Shown: piece after piece, positions 12,772 to 26,714 of the stretch
Numbering within the stretch: the stretch's first letter is position 1
How the letters are laid out: every line of letters starts with the position of its first letter
DNA from: Perna viridis
Lineage: Eukaryota
Length of the DNA: 64,000 nucleotides
Assembly: GCA_037379345.1 (NCBI GenBank)
Contig: CM074513.1
Location: 55,593,195-55,657,194, forward strand
Direction of reading: 5' to 3'
The notes under the pieces: model-generated
Told to the model about the DNA's origin: nothing
Databases searched by the model: none
What the model saw: the letters and a program-made list of their open reading frames with translations, nothing else
Position numbers and translations under genes: made by a program

Positions 12772-13532
12772 CAATGACTGAAAGCAAAGAGAGAACAGGT
12801 GGTTATACAGGATGTTTTAACCAAATTACATGTAGGTGTCGCAGAAAACAGTAAAACAGTACATGTTAATTTTTTTCTATAAAATTACAGATAAATCGCG
12901 TTTTAATGTATAGAACTCTTTAAGCCTAGTTCAAACGCTAATTAATAAGAAGACATGTATAAATGTAACCCTCAGAGATATCAATTTAAGTATAACCACT
13001 ACAAATTCTTTTGCTATTTTGAAACTTGCAGCGTGGGAATTAAAAATGAAATCATTACATACATTTAAAAAAAAATAATACGTTGTTGTGACAAGGTAAA
13101 TTAGGCATTATCTTTTTGTGCCCTATGTCGTGTATGTACGGATTTTTTTAATGAGATGTATGTAAAACAACACATTGATATTTCATTAGTGATCATTATA
13201 AAGACAGTAAAGATGTATCTGTTTGTCTTTTTTTTTTATTAAAAATATGTAAAGTATAGGCGTAATCAAACGTCTATGAATCTTACCTTTAAAGTCTTTC
13301 TAAGCTACCGGATTCTCAAGACACAACTGAAATACTCTAACGAATGTAAGTTGTTATATTTATTTAATATATATTTTCATAAACGACCAGACCTTATTCG
13401 TATCTGTTTAAATATTTATGCAAAAGATAAAAAAAAACAAAAATGATATTAAAATAATATATTTAATCGTAAGATAATAGGATTATTACTGAATATCCTA
13501 AATATCATTGGGGATTTGGAACAACAATTGAA

Positions 13533-14142
13533 TAGTACGGGGGCTGAGATAACCTCCGTGCATCCCTCCACTTATCGTTTTAGTTGAGCAATAACTTGAA
13601 GAGTCGAATTTATGAGACTTTTTACGGAAAAAATCGAAAATATCATTCTTTGCATTTTTTGAAAAATTCTGACTACGAAAATCGCCAAAATTCATCAAAG
13701 AACCCCAGAGGTATTAATTGTGATAATACTAAACAGCTAAACAGAAAATACTAAATAAGACATAAATACTCTTGGGGTTTTGACATGAAAAAAATAAGTC
13801 AATTTAAGCGATTTTCGGTGGGGATAGGGGTACACTTTTTCTCATTTTACCTCAGAATCCTAAGTGTTACTGCAACATTCTCGGTATCATTGTAAAACTG
13901 AGCCTTTGACCTACAAGGTGATAAATTTGTTTAGTTTGTTCACATATGCTGTCCCAGGAAGACTCACAAAAATCTTGGCTTTTTGACCCAGTAAGGTACA
14001 AATATAGGCTTATACTGAAAAAGAATCCGAGTATATTCTTCGGCGACAAATTGATTCGGTAATGGGAGGTATAAAGATACCTAAAATCGCCATGAAGTTT
14101 ATGGGTGATGGTGCACGGTGGACCCTCTCAGCCTATGGACTA
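13533..14142. mobile_element. Non-autonomous DNA transposon with imperfect terminal inverted repeats
   Basis: Left end TAGTACGGGGGCTGAGATAACCTCCGTGCATC versus reverse complement of the right end TAGTCCATAGGCTGAGAGGGTCCACCGTGCACC. Confidence 0.55.
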
Positions 14143-14308
14143 TAATTACTGTGAATACAAACTTCTGTTTTCTACAAGTACTGTATAAGCCCAGCTTTTT
14201 TTATAAACTTCTGATAGATACATTTTTCTGTCGAGTCCTCCAAAAGAACGAGGATGTTAGCATTTTGTGTTAAATCAATGTCCTGTATATTTTACGACCC
14301 GTGTGTCA

Positions 14309-14810
14309 ATTTCAAGATTTCAAGATTTCAAGATTTTATTTAGTTAACTCAGACATGGAATACATGTAACATGAGCAAAACATATTGAAAAATATTTTAT
14401 ACTAAATGTATTACATATATGAATTAAAACAGAAATATACATTCTAAATAATACGAAAAATAACTTCATAACATTATAATGAAGTACATCCATCATCACC
14501 AAACATGAAAACAATAAATAGCACATAATTCTAGAATTAGAGCAATAAGGCTATCTTTTAATAGACAACGACAACCGTTTATACACCTCAATATTACATA
14601 TATAAAGAGAGTAATCCTATCATTTTTTATATGTTTGGATGTTTAAGATAGTAACTAGGAATAAGTTTGCATCTTTGAGAAACTTAATGGTCAAATTTGC
14701 ATGTAAATAAGTAATGAAACTCATCACCGACATCACCAGTATTACATAAATGACATTTTCTGTTTTGCTTAGGAACATTTTTCCATCTACCCGTTTCAAT
14801 TAAAGGTGGC
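14309..14810 (-). mobile_element. LINE 3' remnant (RTE-X-like C-terminal zinc-finger region)
   Basis: IETGRWKNVPKQNRKCHLCNTGDVGDEFHYLFTC, followed by AATAAA and an (ATCTTGAA)n tail at about 14309-14340. Confidence 0.75.
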
Positions 14811-15289
14811 TGTTCCGATAAGTCAAATTGTGACACTAAACGACTTCTGCTCGAACGCCTACACACGGAAACAAGATACAATGGAAAGCCGAAACTAATT
14901 ATTAATTTTATATATTGTAAAGCATTTTATACAAAGTAACATACCTGCATGATATAGCTTATAACATGACACTATTCTATAAGCCATGACTTATTTACCA
15001 GATAATAGATATAAACATATTTTACCGTACTAGTCGGACTGGAAATTTGAAAATTATGATTAAAATGTATTTGATAATGATAAAACAACATATTAGTATT
15101 TGTATGTCCATCATCTTTGTTGTGTAATTACTGAAAATAAAAATAAGCATGCACCATAATTAAAACTTCTACTGAAAAAAAATTCTCCACTAAATCTTCA
15201 AATAAACACCATTTTGTACGGAACAATAGTTTTTCATTCCGTACAATTTCCGTCTATTCAAGGTATAAGATGATACACACAATAAGTGG

Positions 15290-16006
15290 GAGAATCGTGA
15301 TACTTCAAGACGTGGTGGTAATAAACTTAAAACATATGGAACATTCAAAACTTATATAGGATGCGAACTTGATCTCAAAGCAATACAATCTACTGCTCAG
15401 CTCTGAGCATTTGCACAATTTAGATGTGGGGTGCACCACTACGGCTTGAAACAGGACGTTTTGAACGTTTACAACTGAATGAAAGGACTTGCTATGTGTG
15501 CAATGATATTATCGAAACCGAAGAACACGTCCTGCTTGAATGTCCATTGTATGACGATATTTGATGCAAACTTTTTGACAGCATTACTGAGACTTATCCT
15601 AGCGTGCCAAGATGTAATATTGACTCAAGCTTGTGCCAAAACCTGCAAACTGATTTTAGATAGGCGAGAACGATATTTATGCCATTGATTTTATTGATTC
15701 AAATATTTTTGTTCTTTTTTTTAAAACCTTTTTGCATCAGAATTTTTTATATATTTACTTATTTTGTAACTAGGGAATTTTTAAGTTTGTTAAATTCCCA
15801 ATTATGATTTTAAGGTTTTTCGTTTTAAATACTGCTTTTTCCTTAATTTTAGATTTGAAAATTTCTATAGAGTTTTATTCAAGTTGTTATCGCCTCTCAT
15901 ATTTTTCTTAAAGAATATAGCATTGATATATTTTTATTGTATTATAATCTGTGTATATTTTATGTATATATTGATAGTGAGACGTTAATAAACAATCTAT
16001 CTATCT
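15290..16006 (+). mobile_element. LINE 3' remnant (RTE-X-like)
   Basis: Broken frame NKLKTYGTFK...AQFRCG..PLRLETGRFERL..NERTCYVCNDIIETEEHVLLECPLYDDI, ending in AATAAA and (ATCT)n at about 15987-16006. Confidence 0.75.
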
Positions 16007-16671
16007 GTAAAAAGCGATGATCAATGACGTGTTATATTACGAGTTGTATTTAGCGCGGTAGGTGAACTTCATATAACCACACTGAATATTTTGTAAATAC
16101 ACCACAAAACTTATGTTAACTGGGTTTATTCCCCAAATGTCTACTGGCGAAATTAACATGTCATTCAGGGAGGGGGTTAAGGGGCTATCAAGGGGGTAAA
16201 TACTATGAATTTTGGCGAATGCACACATGAAATTGTTGTAACACTCTACAAAAAAGTGTATGTATGAATAGTTTTTTAAAATGTTATCTATCTATTTCAA
16301 GAAAGAAAATCTGGGTCAATTCTGTTTTTATTCTGTTTTATTTTCACCTTAAATGATTAAATAAACAGTCAGAAACTTTATTAAACTCTGTAATTTTCTA
16401 ATAAATAATCATTACAATATCAAATCAACTGTAACTATTTTGAAATACGCAATAAAAGCACTTATACAACAGTTCACACTATTGCAATTTGATATTCTTG
16501 TAGACTTTCATTTTTTTTAAATCTGAGTGCAATATCTGGGAAGTAGAGTCATAAAATGTAGTTCTTAACGTAATACTGTGTATTCCAAATTCCTAATCGA
16601 AGTTTTACGTCATAGAAAAAAAAATTTCTGTACTTTTGTCGACTTTGAAAACGCGTTTGACACGCACTTTG

Positions 16672-17620
16672 GTATAAAAGAGTAAATCAAGGGAACCAAG
16701 ATTCTAGCGGAAAGGAATGTAACCCAGGGACAAAGACCAATCATGGAAGCAGACACACAACTAAGAACAAAAAATTACTAAAATAATACGTACAAAACAA
16801 CAAAAGTAAATGAACAACTCGGACTCCACTAAAAACTGGGAGCATGGACCAGGTGCACCGGTAGGGTAAGCTTTATCAGTTTTTCTAGAAACACCCGTCG
16901 AGCTGCTCATAAAAAGTCCAATCCGGGGTAGACAAAAGAGGAAAGGGAAACTATGACACGTTGAACAAATCGGTTCTCATGGTGTAGATAGATACAACGT
17001 AACGATCCACGAGTTCATGACGACCATAAAACTTCTGTAGTGATGACTTCAATCTTGTAGCAACATAGCCCTGTTTCAGAGGCCTAATTATCAAAAGTCT
17101 AGCGCGGTACAAGAAATCTACATATTTACGGCATGCTCTGGCATAACGTATGAGTTGTCATATGAAAACTCCATAGGCAGGTGCTGAAGGGATGTTATCA
17201 CGGATGAAAGGAAAGTTGACAATACGGAATGAAAAATCATCGCGTTTGTCGTATAGTTTGGTCAACAGTTTTCTTTTACCAACGATCTCTAAGTGTAGGT
17301 CAAGATACGAGGCTGATTTCACAGTATATGTAGTATCCTTTATCTCAGTTACTTTGGGGTAGATTCTATGTTTAAAATCCCCGAAACTAGGATTGTTTAA
17401 CGATAATACGTTATCTATATAGCGGGAACTGAGATCAGACGATCTGGCTAAATGATGTTCCTTCCTTTGGATTTGATCAGATATAAAGTCAGCCTCATAA
17501 GAGTGAAGGAATAGGTCAGCGAGTGGAGGAGCACAATTTTGTTCCCATTAGAATGCCGACCGTTTGTTGAAAAAAACGCGTCCACCACACTAGACAAATA
17601 TGTTATCGATAAAAAAATAA
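16672..17620 (-). mobile_element. Penelope-like element, 3' part (RT core, thumb and 3' terminal segment)
   Basis: DNIFV..GGRVFQQTVGILMG..CAPPLADLFLHSYEADFI...RYIDNVLSLNN...KLYDKRDDFSFRIVNFPFI..NIPSAPAYGVFI.QLIRYARAC...LQKFYGR...DLFNVS*, followed by the CTTACCCTACCGGTGCACCTGG tail. Confidence 0.88.
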
Positions 17621-17699
17621 TCCAGCTGTATAAAATGCAGTTAGTGCAATCAATAGAAAAATGTTCAATACTATTTACAACATAACATCAAAGCATGCC

Positions 17700-18245
17700 T
17701 GCATTACAACGAACAAACATCTGAAAGTTGGTGTCCGACAAGGAGAAAATGTGTCATCCTTTTTATTTTTGCTATACTGAAACGATTTAGAGGTTTATAT
17801 GGCATAAGAATGCATCCGGACTAAACACGATTACCAAAGTTATCGAGAAAAAAAAGTTTTCCCTATAGCAAGTGGTGTGTTGCAAAGTTCATCACCTTTC
17901 AACTTTTATTCAATATTTTGTTTTTATAAACATGCAAACATTTTTTCATTAATATGCAATCATTTTTTGTTTTCATTAAAACGAAAAAAGGGGTTACATA
18001 GAAGTGCCTCCTACGGCATGAATGAACACAAATTATAAAATACAAATTAATTTAAAAATCTTGCATATTAACAAAAAAATATATCGACTAAAATTGGCAG
18101 GTGATGAATTTTGCAACACATCACTTGCCATATTTCCCAAACTTGATATCATTCAGTACGCTGGAGACATGGCTGCTTTGGCCGAATTGGCTGGAGAGCT
18201 CCAGGAAGCGCTAAATGAGTTTTACAATTATTGTAAAACCTGGCA
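17700..18245 (+). mobile_element. Highly decayed LINE RT fragments
   Basis: VGVRQGENVSSFLFLLY.NDLE (about 17725-17795) and QYAGDMAALAE..GELQEALNEFYNYCKTW (about 18150-18245) resemble the RT GVRQG and YADD regions. Confidence 0.6.
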
Positions 18246-20472
18246 TGAATGTCATTTTCCTTTAAACAATACCGTCAATAAATATATTTTAAACAAATCT
18301 TTCTATTTATAGGTTAATTAAACAACATACACCTTCAAATGACTGTACTTAATTATCTTTCGTTCCGGGAACACACCGGTCATTGTATTCTTCGTCTCTT
18401 GCAAGAATGTTACACAAAAATATGTCGGTCTAAAGATGTGACCAAATTTCTTGTGAAAAGATATTATCCAGCTAATACATTGTTACTTTGTACAATACAC
18501 TGCTTTTATAAAGAAACATTCGAAACAACAAAAAATCTCGAAACACTGATACAAAAAAAAGTTCGGACGTTTTCGTATCCGAGATGTGGAATAGTGATAT
18601 AAAAAGTTTCTTCTTGACCATTTCAGAGTATAGGTTTCTGTCTATATTTCCTCTTGCATTTCGTTTACTTTTGCTACTGTTATAATGGGAACTATAACGG
18701 TTGTGTTGAAGGCATTATTCATCGGTATATATAAACGCCAATGCAATGAAAATAAATTAAATAATGTTAATAACAAGAAGTAGAAAAGATACAAGGTTTT
18801 CCTTATGTTTTTGGTAGAATATTTTTCGTCGACCTCTAAATGAAGGTGATCAATTCTATACTTTCATCATATACCAACAAAATACATACGAGGGCAAACA
18901 ACGGGTTATAACATATAGTTTAAATAAATTAAAATACATGTACTTGTTGAAAGAACTGACATACTTTATCGCAATAAAAATGCGTAAATTCTTTATAATT
19001 GAGACCAAATAAGACTACCTAAGAAGTAGTAATGACATTTTTATACAGATCGGGTATATTTGTTTTACTGCTTTCTAAACATAATCTAATGACGAGACTA
19101 AGTCTCCAGGTCAAGCGACGTTCAAACATCATTAAGGCAGGCTATCTATTTTCCCCAATGTTCTATCTTACTTATATATTCGGCAGTCCTATACAATGGA
19201 TTTCTCGATCTTATTACTTTTTATGTCCAATACGGCGCCACCCTAGGATTCCCATTATAATTATATATATTTGACTGCAGTGAGCAATTAATGTGTAGTT
19301 CATCTTCTATGTTCGCCATATTCAGATAAAAATGTAATCTATGTATTTAATATGATTTTACCACATACTTTTTTACATATGATTTTCATATTTTTAGGAC
19401 TTACACGTGCAACATATCAAGAACATATATGCTTAACGCATGCTAAATGGTTTTAAAATCATTTAATCAAAATGATTTTCACACAGCTTTATATATGGAA
19501 GGCATGTGTTTTTCATGTGATTTTAAACTGGATTTTGAATGTGTTTTTAAATGCACAAAACACAACTTTGACCATTCCTTTACATATGTTTCCATATATT
19601 TAAAAAAAAACATATAAGAGTAATAAAGAGAAACTAGACTCGAGCGATAATCAAATAAATAAAGACAAGTCAGGGAAAACACATCAAAAATTATTGTAAT
19701 ATCATGAATACACATCTGTATATTTTAGGATAATATAGGGTTAAACAGTTGTTTGTTGGTTTGTTTGTTTGTTACTTTTATCAGCGAGCTAAAAACTACC
19801 ACTTGTACTATTTTTTTTTTTTTGTATTTTTTTCGAAAAAAGTCTTCTTTCTAAAATATATCATAAAAAGACCATTCCAATTTTCTGAAACTGCCCCATG
19901 TCAATGGAGTAAATCTCTAATGTTCTACTTTTGAAGAAAGTTGCCTATCAGAATATAGTAATTTTAAAACGGCCATATGATATATATTTTTTAATGTGAT
20001 TATATCTACATTTCAAGTATGCGTCATATGTATTGTTAGTGACAATGTTAATACCAAACAATTAGAAATGTAAATATTAAAATAAGAAGACTTATCGACA
20101 CAATAATTATTATACTATCAAAATGCGATTAAAATATTCCTGATGAAATTAAAAACTTAGTGTCCAATATAAGCACAGGTTTTAAAGAAAATATTCATTT
20201 CCATTCAATTTCATTCCTCCAGTAAGGTAAGACTGCATTCATCCGTCTACAAATACTATAGCACATAAGTAAAGTTTCTTTCAGTGATAAACATGAAGAC
20301 TTTAATTCTGTACAACAAGTAATATTAAATAAAGAAATGATGGCGAAGTAAGAAAATCCTGTTAAATGTTTGATACAATATATAGAACCGATTAGGAAAT
20401 CATCAGATGCTTTTTAATTCGTATACTTTATAATAAATCTTTCTGTAATATAGGGCTGGTGGATCTTCCATC

Positions 20473-23400
20473 ATGAAGTCAGTATTATGCCTGGCGGCTC
20501 TTTTTGCTTTGTGTTATGGCCAAGGTAAGTATAAATAATATCTACAATTTTTCTTTTTAAGACATATTCCATGTTACAACTGACCAAGATCTTCAGTGGA
20601 TTATGGGCTGACAACATCTTTTTTTCTAATCAGATCTGGAATTATAGTAAAACAAAGTTGTGAAATCATGAGTATAAAAAGTATCTTATATCTAATAATT
20701 TTTTTTTATTTATTTTTTATACTTCGTCTTTAAACTGACCCTTCATCTACGACTTTTAAAAAAATTTTCTCTTCAGGCCGGGACAATCAAGGAACAGAGT
20801 TTATTATGGGATGGATGGATAACACGAGTAAGTGTAGTAGAAAAAAGATGTGAATGGAATTAGTTATTTCCAAAATTAAGTTAACGTTTTTTTTGTATTT
20901 TAACTTGAAGTTTTTTTCTGCTTTAATGTTTTAATATGAGTAGTATAAGTATGATTTACACCAAAAATTGTAGTAACACAAAATCTACTCTTCAAACTAA
21001 AGACCTTTGTACGAATATACCAGCCATATAAATCAAAACAAATATAAGATAAATTAAATTATGATTTATTTTGAAGTATCGGGATCCAGCTACGATCTTG
21101 AACTGTTTGTCACAACAAGTTCCAACACACCAGCTACAGTAACAATCACAGCACCATTGTTCTCTCCTGGAACAACCTTAGCTACAACAACAGTCAGTAG
21201 AGGTGACATTGAGAAAATCAATCTTTCAAATAGTCTTCGTGGTACAGGCGTAGAGGTCAACAATAAAGGAGTTCTTATTGAAGCAACCGAAGAAGTTACT
21301 CTTTTCGGAGTCAACAAGGAAAAGTGGTCGACAGATGGGTTTGTTGCTTTTCCAACGGACGCACTTGGTACCGAATATATTTTGATCACTTGGTCTTCCG
21401 ATGGTCAGTTTATTATCATCGGGGTCACAGATGGTACTACTGTCACTATCACACTTCCAACAGCTGTGTCGTCCACGCTATCGGTCTCATACAATGGTAA
21501 TTCCTACACAAACGGAGACTCGTTTACTGTCTCACTAGATCGTTACCAAGTTTTCCACTGTTATCAAAGTACCGGAGACTTCACTGGCACAAAAATAGTC
21601 GCAAATCACCCTGTAACAGTTTTCAGCGGTGCAAAGAAAGTCGCTGTCAGAGACTCCATGACCGGGGGCAGCTCAGACCATCTTGTGGAACAGATGATGC
21701 CAGTCGATACTTGGGGTAAAGACTTTTTCACCATAAGTACACCCGACCGTACTGTAGGAGACTACTTCAGAGTTGTGGCAAGTGAAGATTCAACTACTTT
21801 AACCGTTGGTGGCACGACTCAAAGTTTAAATGCTCAGGAGTTTGCAGAGCTGAACGTTGATACCGGAGACTACAAGACTATTTCAGCAGACAAAGCAGTT
21901 ATGGTTGTAATGTTTGGGAAAACAGCCAGTTCTCAGTCTGGTGATTGTGTTAATGGCGGAGACCCCCAAATGACAGTGATGCCACCGGTGCCACAGTTCC
22001 CCTCAGATTATACTTTCAGCACAGTCCAAACGACTTCCGGAGACTTTACAAATTACGTCCTTGTCGTCATCGATACATCAAAAACCTCTGATTTGGTAAT
22101 CGACAACAGCCCAGCTAGCACAACCTGGACTCCTGTTTCGGGATCTACACTTGTTGCAGCAACGTTTAATATCAGTCCTGGATCTCACTCCGTCTACCAT
22201 AATGATCCTGCAGCAACATTTATGGCCATTGCCTTTGGAAACGCACAAACCAACTCTTATGCTTACGCTTGTGGGTTTCGCCTGGCCACCATTAATGGAG
22301 TAAGCATAATTTTTTAATTCTTATGACTGAAAACGTAATAAAAGATACACACTTACTACGAAAAAGACGATGAAGTAATTTCTTTCTACATAAACTGTCT
22401 GATGTCTCATAAAATAATCTCATTTCATTAGAAATCTTAATATACACTAAATGATGTTACATTCCATTGTTTAGTTTCTATTATAACTGATGGCTGTGAT
22501 ATGTCATAAGCTTATATACTCCGCCACACGAAGTGGTGAGGTACAATATACTACCGTTAAAAAAGGTGCGTGGTCATCCGTCTGTCAACGGCGGTTTCTA
22601 GATGACAGCAAAGAATCTTTTTTGCAAACTTTCAAAAGTATTGGGTATCATAAAACGCAGATTAAGTTCGAATTTCAGTGAAAACACTTTTAAGTATGTC
22701 ATTCTATTTAGGTGTGTACCCCCACTTCCACAATCGCTGGAGACATCATTGACAATGATTGTGACGGCTGGCTAGATGAAGAAACTAACAATGGCATAGA
22801 TGATGATGGAGATGGATTGGTGGATGAAGATTTAGCTAACCCTCCTCGAGGTTAGAAAGATAACAGTGTTTTGGATTATCCCCCTTTCTCGATAATTGTT
22901 ACTAAATATTTCAATTGATTGTTTTAAGATAATGTAAAATCATGTAATCAATGTGATTTGGTGGTGTCTTTCTATACATAAAGGGAACATTAATTGGTGT
23001 CCACTTGTATTTTTGAAAATTCATTTGCTATTAGAGTAATTATACTTTTATCTAAACATCACTGTATTGCTACTGAAATAAATATGATTTTTTTTATTTC
23101 TTAGTTAACGGAAACTGGGCTGACTGGGGTCAATGGGGCGCGTGTTCATTGACATGCACTAGTTCCGCATCTCCTGCATCTGGAACTCAGACTAGAACAA
23201 GAACATGTACAAATCCGGCACCAGCAAACAATGGACTAGACTGTTCTGGGTCAAATACCGATACACAGGCGTGTACCATATCAACCAATTGTCCAAGTAA
23301 GAAGGTCTATCTATAAACGTCAGTTATCTTTCATTCAAGATAAACCGAACCATATATGGAAACCCAAACCAGTCAAATTTCGTATTCTGAATTTTGAATC

Positions 23401-24874
23401 TCCCATTTGTGTATTTATATACCGTCTGAAAAAAAAAACCTTTAATCTTCATATAAAGAGCTGTACATAAAAGCAAAAACTTGGATATCAGTAGAATAAT
23501 CGATTGTTGATTTCCAGTCGATGGTCAATGGGGTTCCTGGTCTGCTTGGTCTGATTGCTTGGTGACATGTGGTGTTGGTCAGGTTAACAGGACACGTGAT
23601 TGTGATAATCCCGCCGCACAATACGGTGGTGCCGACTGTGTTGGTAATAGTACAGAATTTGAAACTTGTTGGAATGGCACATGTTACCCTTCAGTAATTG
23701 GTAACATAGACAGAGTAAGTCTTGTCCTACAGAAGCAGTATTATAATTAAAGTTAGAACGAGTTATCGCGTAACAACGAGAAAATTAATATATGTATTCT
23801 GTGTCAAGTAACAATAATTAATGTTTGGTAGTAAAGAGTTCAAATTTGAAATTCGAATCATATGCAGTTCAAGAAAAAAAAATCAAGGCAGCAATCATTT
23901 GATGCTCTGGAGAGGGGTATGGATTGTTCATGAAAAATAGTTTATTTTAGAATTTTGATGAAAAAATCCTTTGAGCCGGCAATTTGAAAAACAAAAATAT
24001 GTGTTTTACTCTCATGTATTTTAGTTTTAGCCGTAAATTCGAAGAAAAGTATTTTCGACTTGTCGCGAAAAAAATATTTGGTTTTCCCCGAAGACGAGAA
24101 AAAAAAGCCCTCTCACCCAATCCTGAAAACCAAATGGTTTCTGCCTTACAATCTGATCTGATCGTTTGTTTATGTACTTTTTATACCTATCAAATACGAG
24201 TTTAGTTAAATTTTCAGCAAAATCCACAGATGCAGTTTTTCTCCGAGTTAAGCCATTTTAAAACTTTGCCACCCCCATTTTTTCACCAATACGTGGCGGG
24301 GTATCACTTAATATTCCACATAAGCCCTATTTTTCCTTTTCATTTTTTAATGTAGAACTGTTCTTGGACATGGTTTGGTTGTAAATCTGGAACAATCCAG
24401 TGCATTGATTTCTCCTTCCGATGTGACGGAACAAATGACTGTGACGACGGAAGTGACGAATCCGTAGACATAGCCGGCTGTGATTTGTGCACCGCCCTCG
24501 ACAACGGATCTGGTAAGAATTTCACCTTAAAGTTTTCTATGTGAACATATAATCTTCTTGTTCGTTACTGAATTTTCTAAATTGATTACGTTAAGTGAGA
24601 GACTAATATTGAATCACCACATCTATCAATCAAAATCATTTGATACGTATTTTGAGAATTAGGATTCGTTATTATTACAACATATTCAAGTATATAACTT
24701 CTGAGTAAATTACATTTGTTTGGATCTTAAAGTTAGACAAATTATGTAATATAGCAATGTACATGTATATGAGAAGAAAAATGCTTTTTTACAGGGTGTG
24801 TGACATGGTCTGTTGGTTTGGTCTTCTCAACACTCCTCGTGATAGGACTGAATACTAGGATGTTATTCGCTTGA
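20473..24874 (+). CDS. IgGFc-binding N-terminal domain + acidic DNDCDG repeat + 2x TSP1 + LDLa + hydrophobic tail, cell-surface protein (~696 aa)
   Basis: Exons 20473-20524 (MKSVLCLAALFALCYGQ), 20777-20827 (RDNQGTEFIMGWMDN), 21077-22299 (IgGFc-binding: DGFVAFPTDALGTEY, DHLVEQMMPVDTWG, GDPQM, SYAYACG), 22712-22850, 23105-23296 (TSP1), 23518-23714 (TSP1), 24356-24512 (LDLa, DCDDGSDE) and 24795-24874 (CVTWSVGLVFSTLLVIGLNTRMLFA*). All introns are GT-AG and the 2091 nt join in frame. The acceptor at 21077 (AAG) is the least certain. Confidence 0.9.
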
Positions 24875-26714
24875 TAAAATAAACTATTGACATTTGAATG
24901 ACCAAGGATAGACGGTGTTCATTGTTGTTATATTTATTATTATTAAATGAAACTGTATCAAAACTGTCGTTCACATAAAATAATAGAGGAGGTCAACGTG
25001 AAAAAAAGTATTGATACAAAATTTTTCAAAATCCTTTTTTTTTTTCAGTTTCTGTTACGTTCCATTTTTATTTAATTTGTGGAATACAACTTCGTGCTGC
25101 TCGGAGACGTTGATTGTCGATGTTCAATTTTTTATCGAAATCTTTGTCCTACTTTCGTTGGAATGTAGAAGCCTGTTTAATTATCGAATTTCTTAACTGG
25201 TGTTAAATGATTTTTGTCAGTTTTTAGTGTCATAAAAAATCTCTAGTTATTACTCAAAAAATAAGTTTCATTCATTTATAAATTCACACTATTCTAAAAT
25301 AAAATGTGTTTTACAAATTATTAAAATATGATTGATGCCATAAGTCTACAAATACAAATCATTTAAAAAAACAAAAAAATACACTGGCACAAAAATCGTT
25401 TTTACAATTGCATGCAAATCTGTGAAAGATTTTGTCATTTTGACTGGGATATTACAAGTCATCTCCATTGTAGATATTGTCATTTTTTTTCACTTCTGAT
25501 CAGTTTTTCAAGAAAGTCTCTCCGAAAAAGGATTAAATGATCAGCCTGTTGTCGCAAGCCATCTACCAAGCTATAGATTATATCTCATCCATTTCTATTC
25601 TACTTGAATCAACGTTTTCCTATGGGGATAATTCAGTTGGTCAATTATTTTTATCGCCATAAATTTGTCATTGCTTTATAAAATGTCACAATATTAAAGC
25701 AATTTTAGCCTCTTATTTCTCACTTTTAACAGATTTTAGCTTTTCTTTATTTTATTGGATTTGTTATGCTCAGTACTGTGTATGATTAACGGGGAATAGG
25801 AACCACAGAGTGGACATGGATTGATTCGTCCTATCAGTATAGATATGATCTATATTTGACCAGGCTGTTAGAATTGTTTTTATCTCCTTAAGGTTGGAAA
25901 GTCAAAGAAATTTTAATGAGTGTTCATTGCATATCAGAAATTATAGATCAATATGTCATTCCCTGAAATCTGTCGTTCCTTGACCTACAAATGAAAAACC
26001 AATATTTTCATATGTTTTGAATAATACCTTTGGACCAAGATCATACAATGTAAGTCTCAAACGCTGCCTGGAAAAATATTCCCTGCCTTATTGAGAAATA
26101 ATTTAATTTCAGAAGGAACACGCTTTCTGATTGGAAAAAAATGTGTCCATAATCTCATAGACCAAATTTTGTATGACTGTGACGTCAACCTACACAGGCA
26201 AACTTATTTCACATGATTTTCACACGAATTTCACGTGATTTTCACCTGAATTGAGCAAATAAACTAAGTGACAGTTCACGTGAAATTCGGGTGAATAGAG
26301 CCTTCACGAGAAATTCACACGAAATGTACAGAAATGTCAGAAAAAGCACCGACATCATTTTGGGGAATAATTGATAAAGTTTGAGATGAAGGTTTAATGA
26401 ACGCTCCTAGACAATCGTCCATGAGTATCAGACACTTCTTCCAAAGTGGAATTGTGATGTTTTCTGGTCTGAATATCGCCATCTTGCACATGATACATAT
26501 TCTTGTACATATGTATGTATTGATATACAGTGTATATTCTATATACAAATGTATGCCGAAAGACAAGTTAATGTGACGTCCATTTTATTGTACTTGTATC
26601 AGTGCTGTTCGTTATATATGTCAAATACACTCTATTATGTCAAATACACTCTATTAAAACAGTAGTACATATATGTAGATGTAAAATATATGTACCATGT
26701 TTTTTTTAAACTGT

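Noticed and set aside
16855-16910. SECIS element in the PLE 3' region with an in-frame UGA near 17158
   Set aside because: No AUGA/GA quartet is visible, and the UGA aligns with a Ser codon (TCA) in the other copies, so it is a decay mutation.
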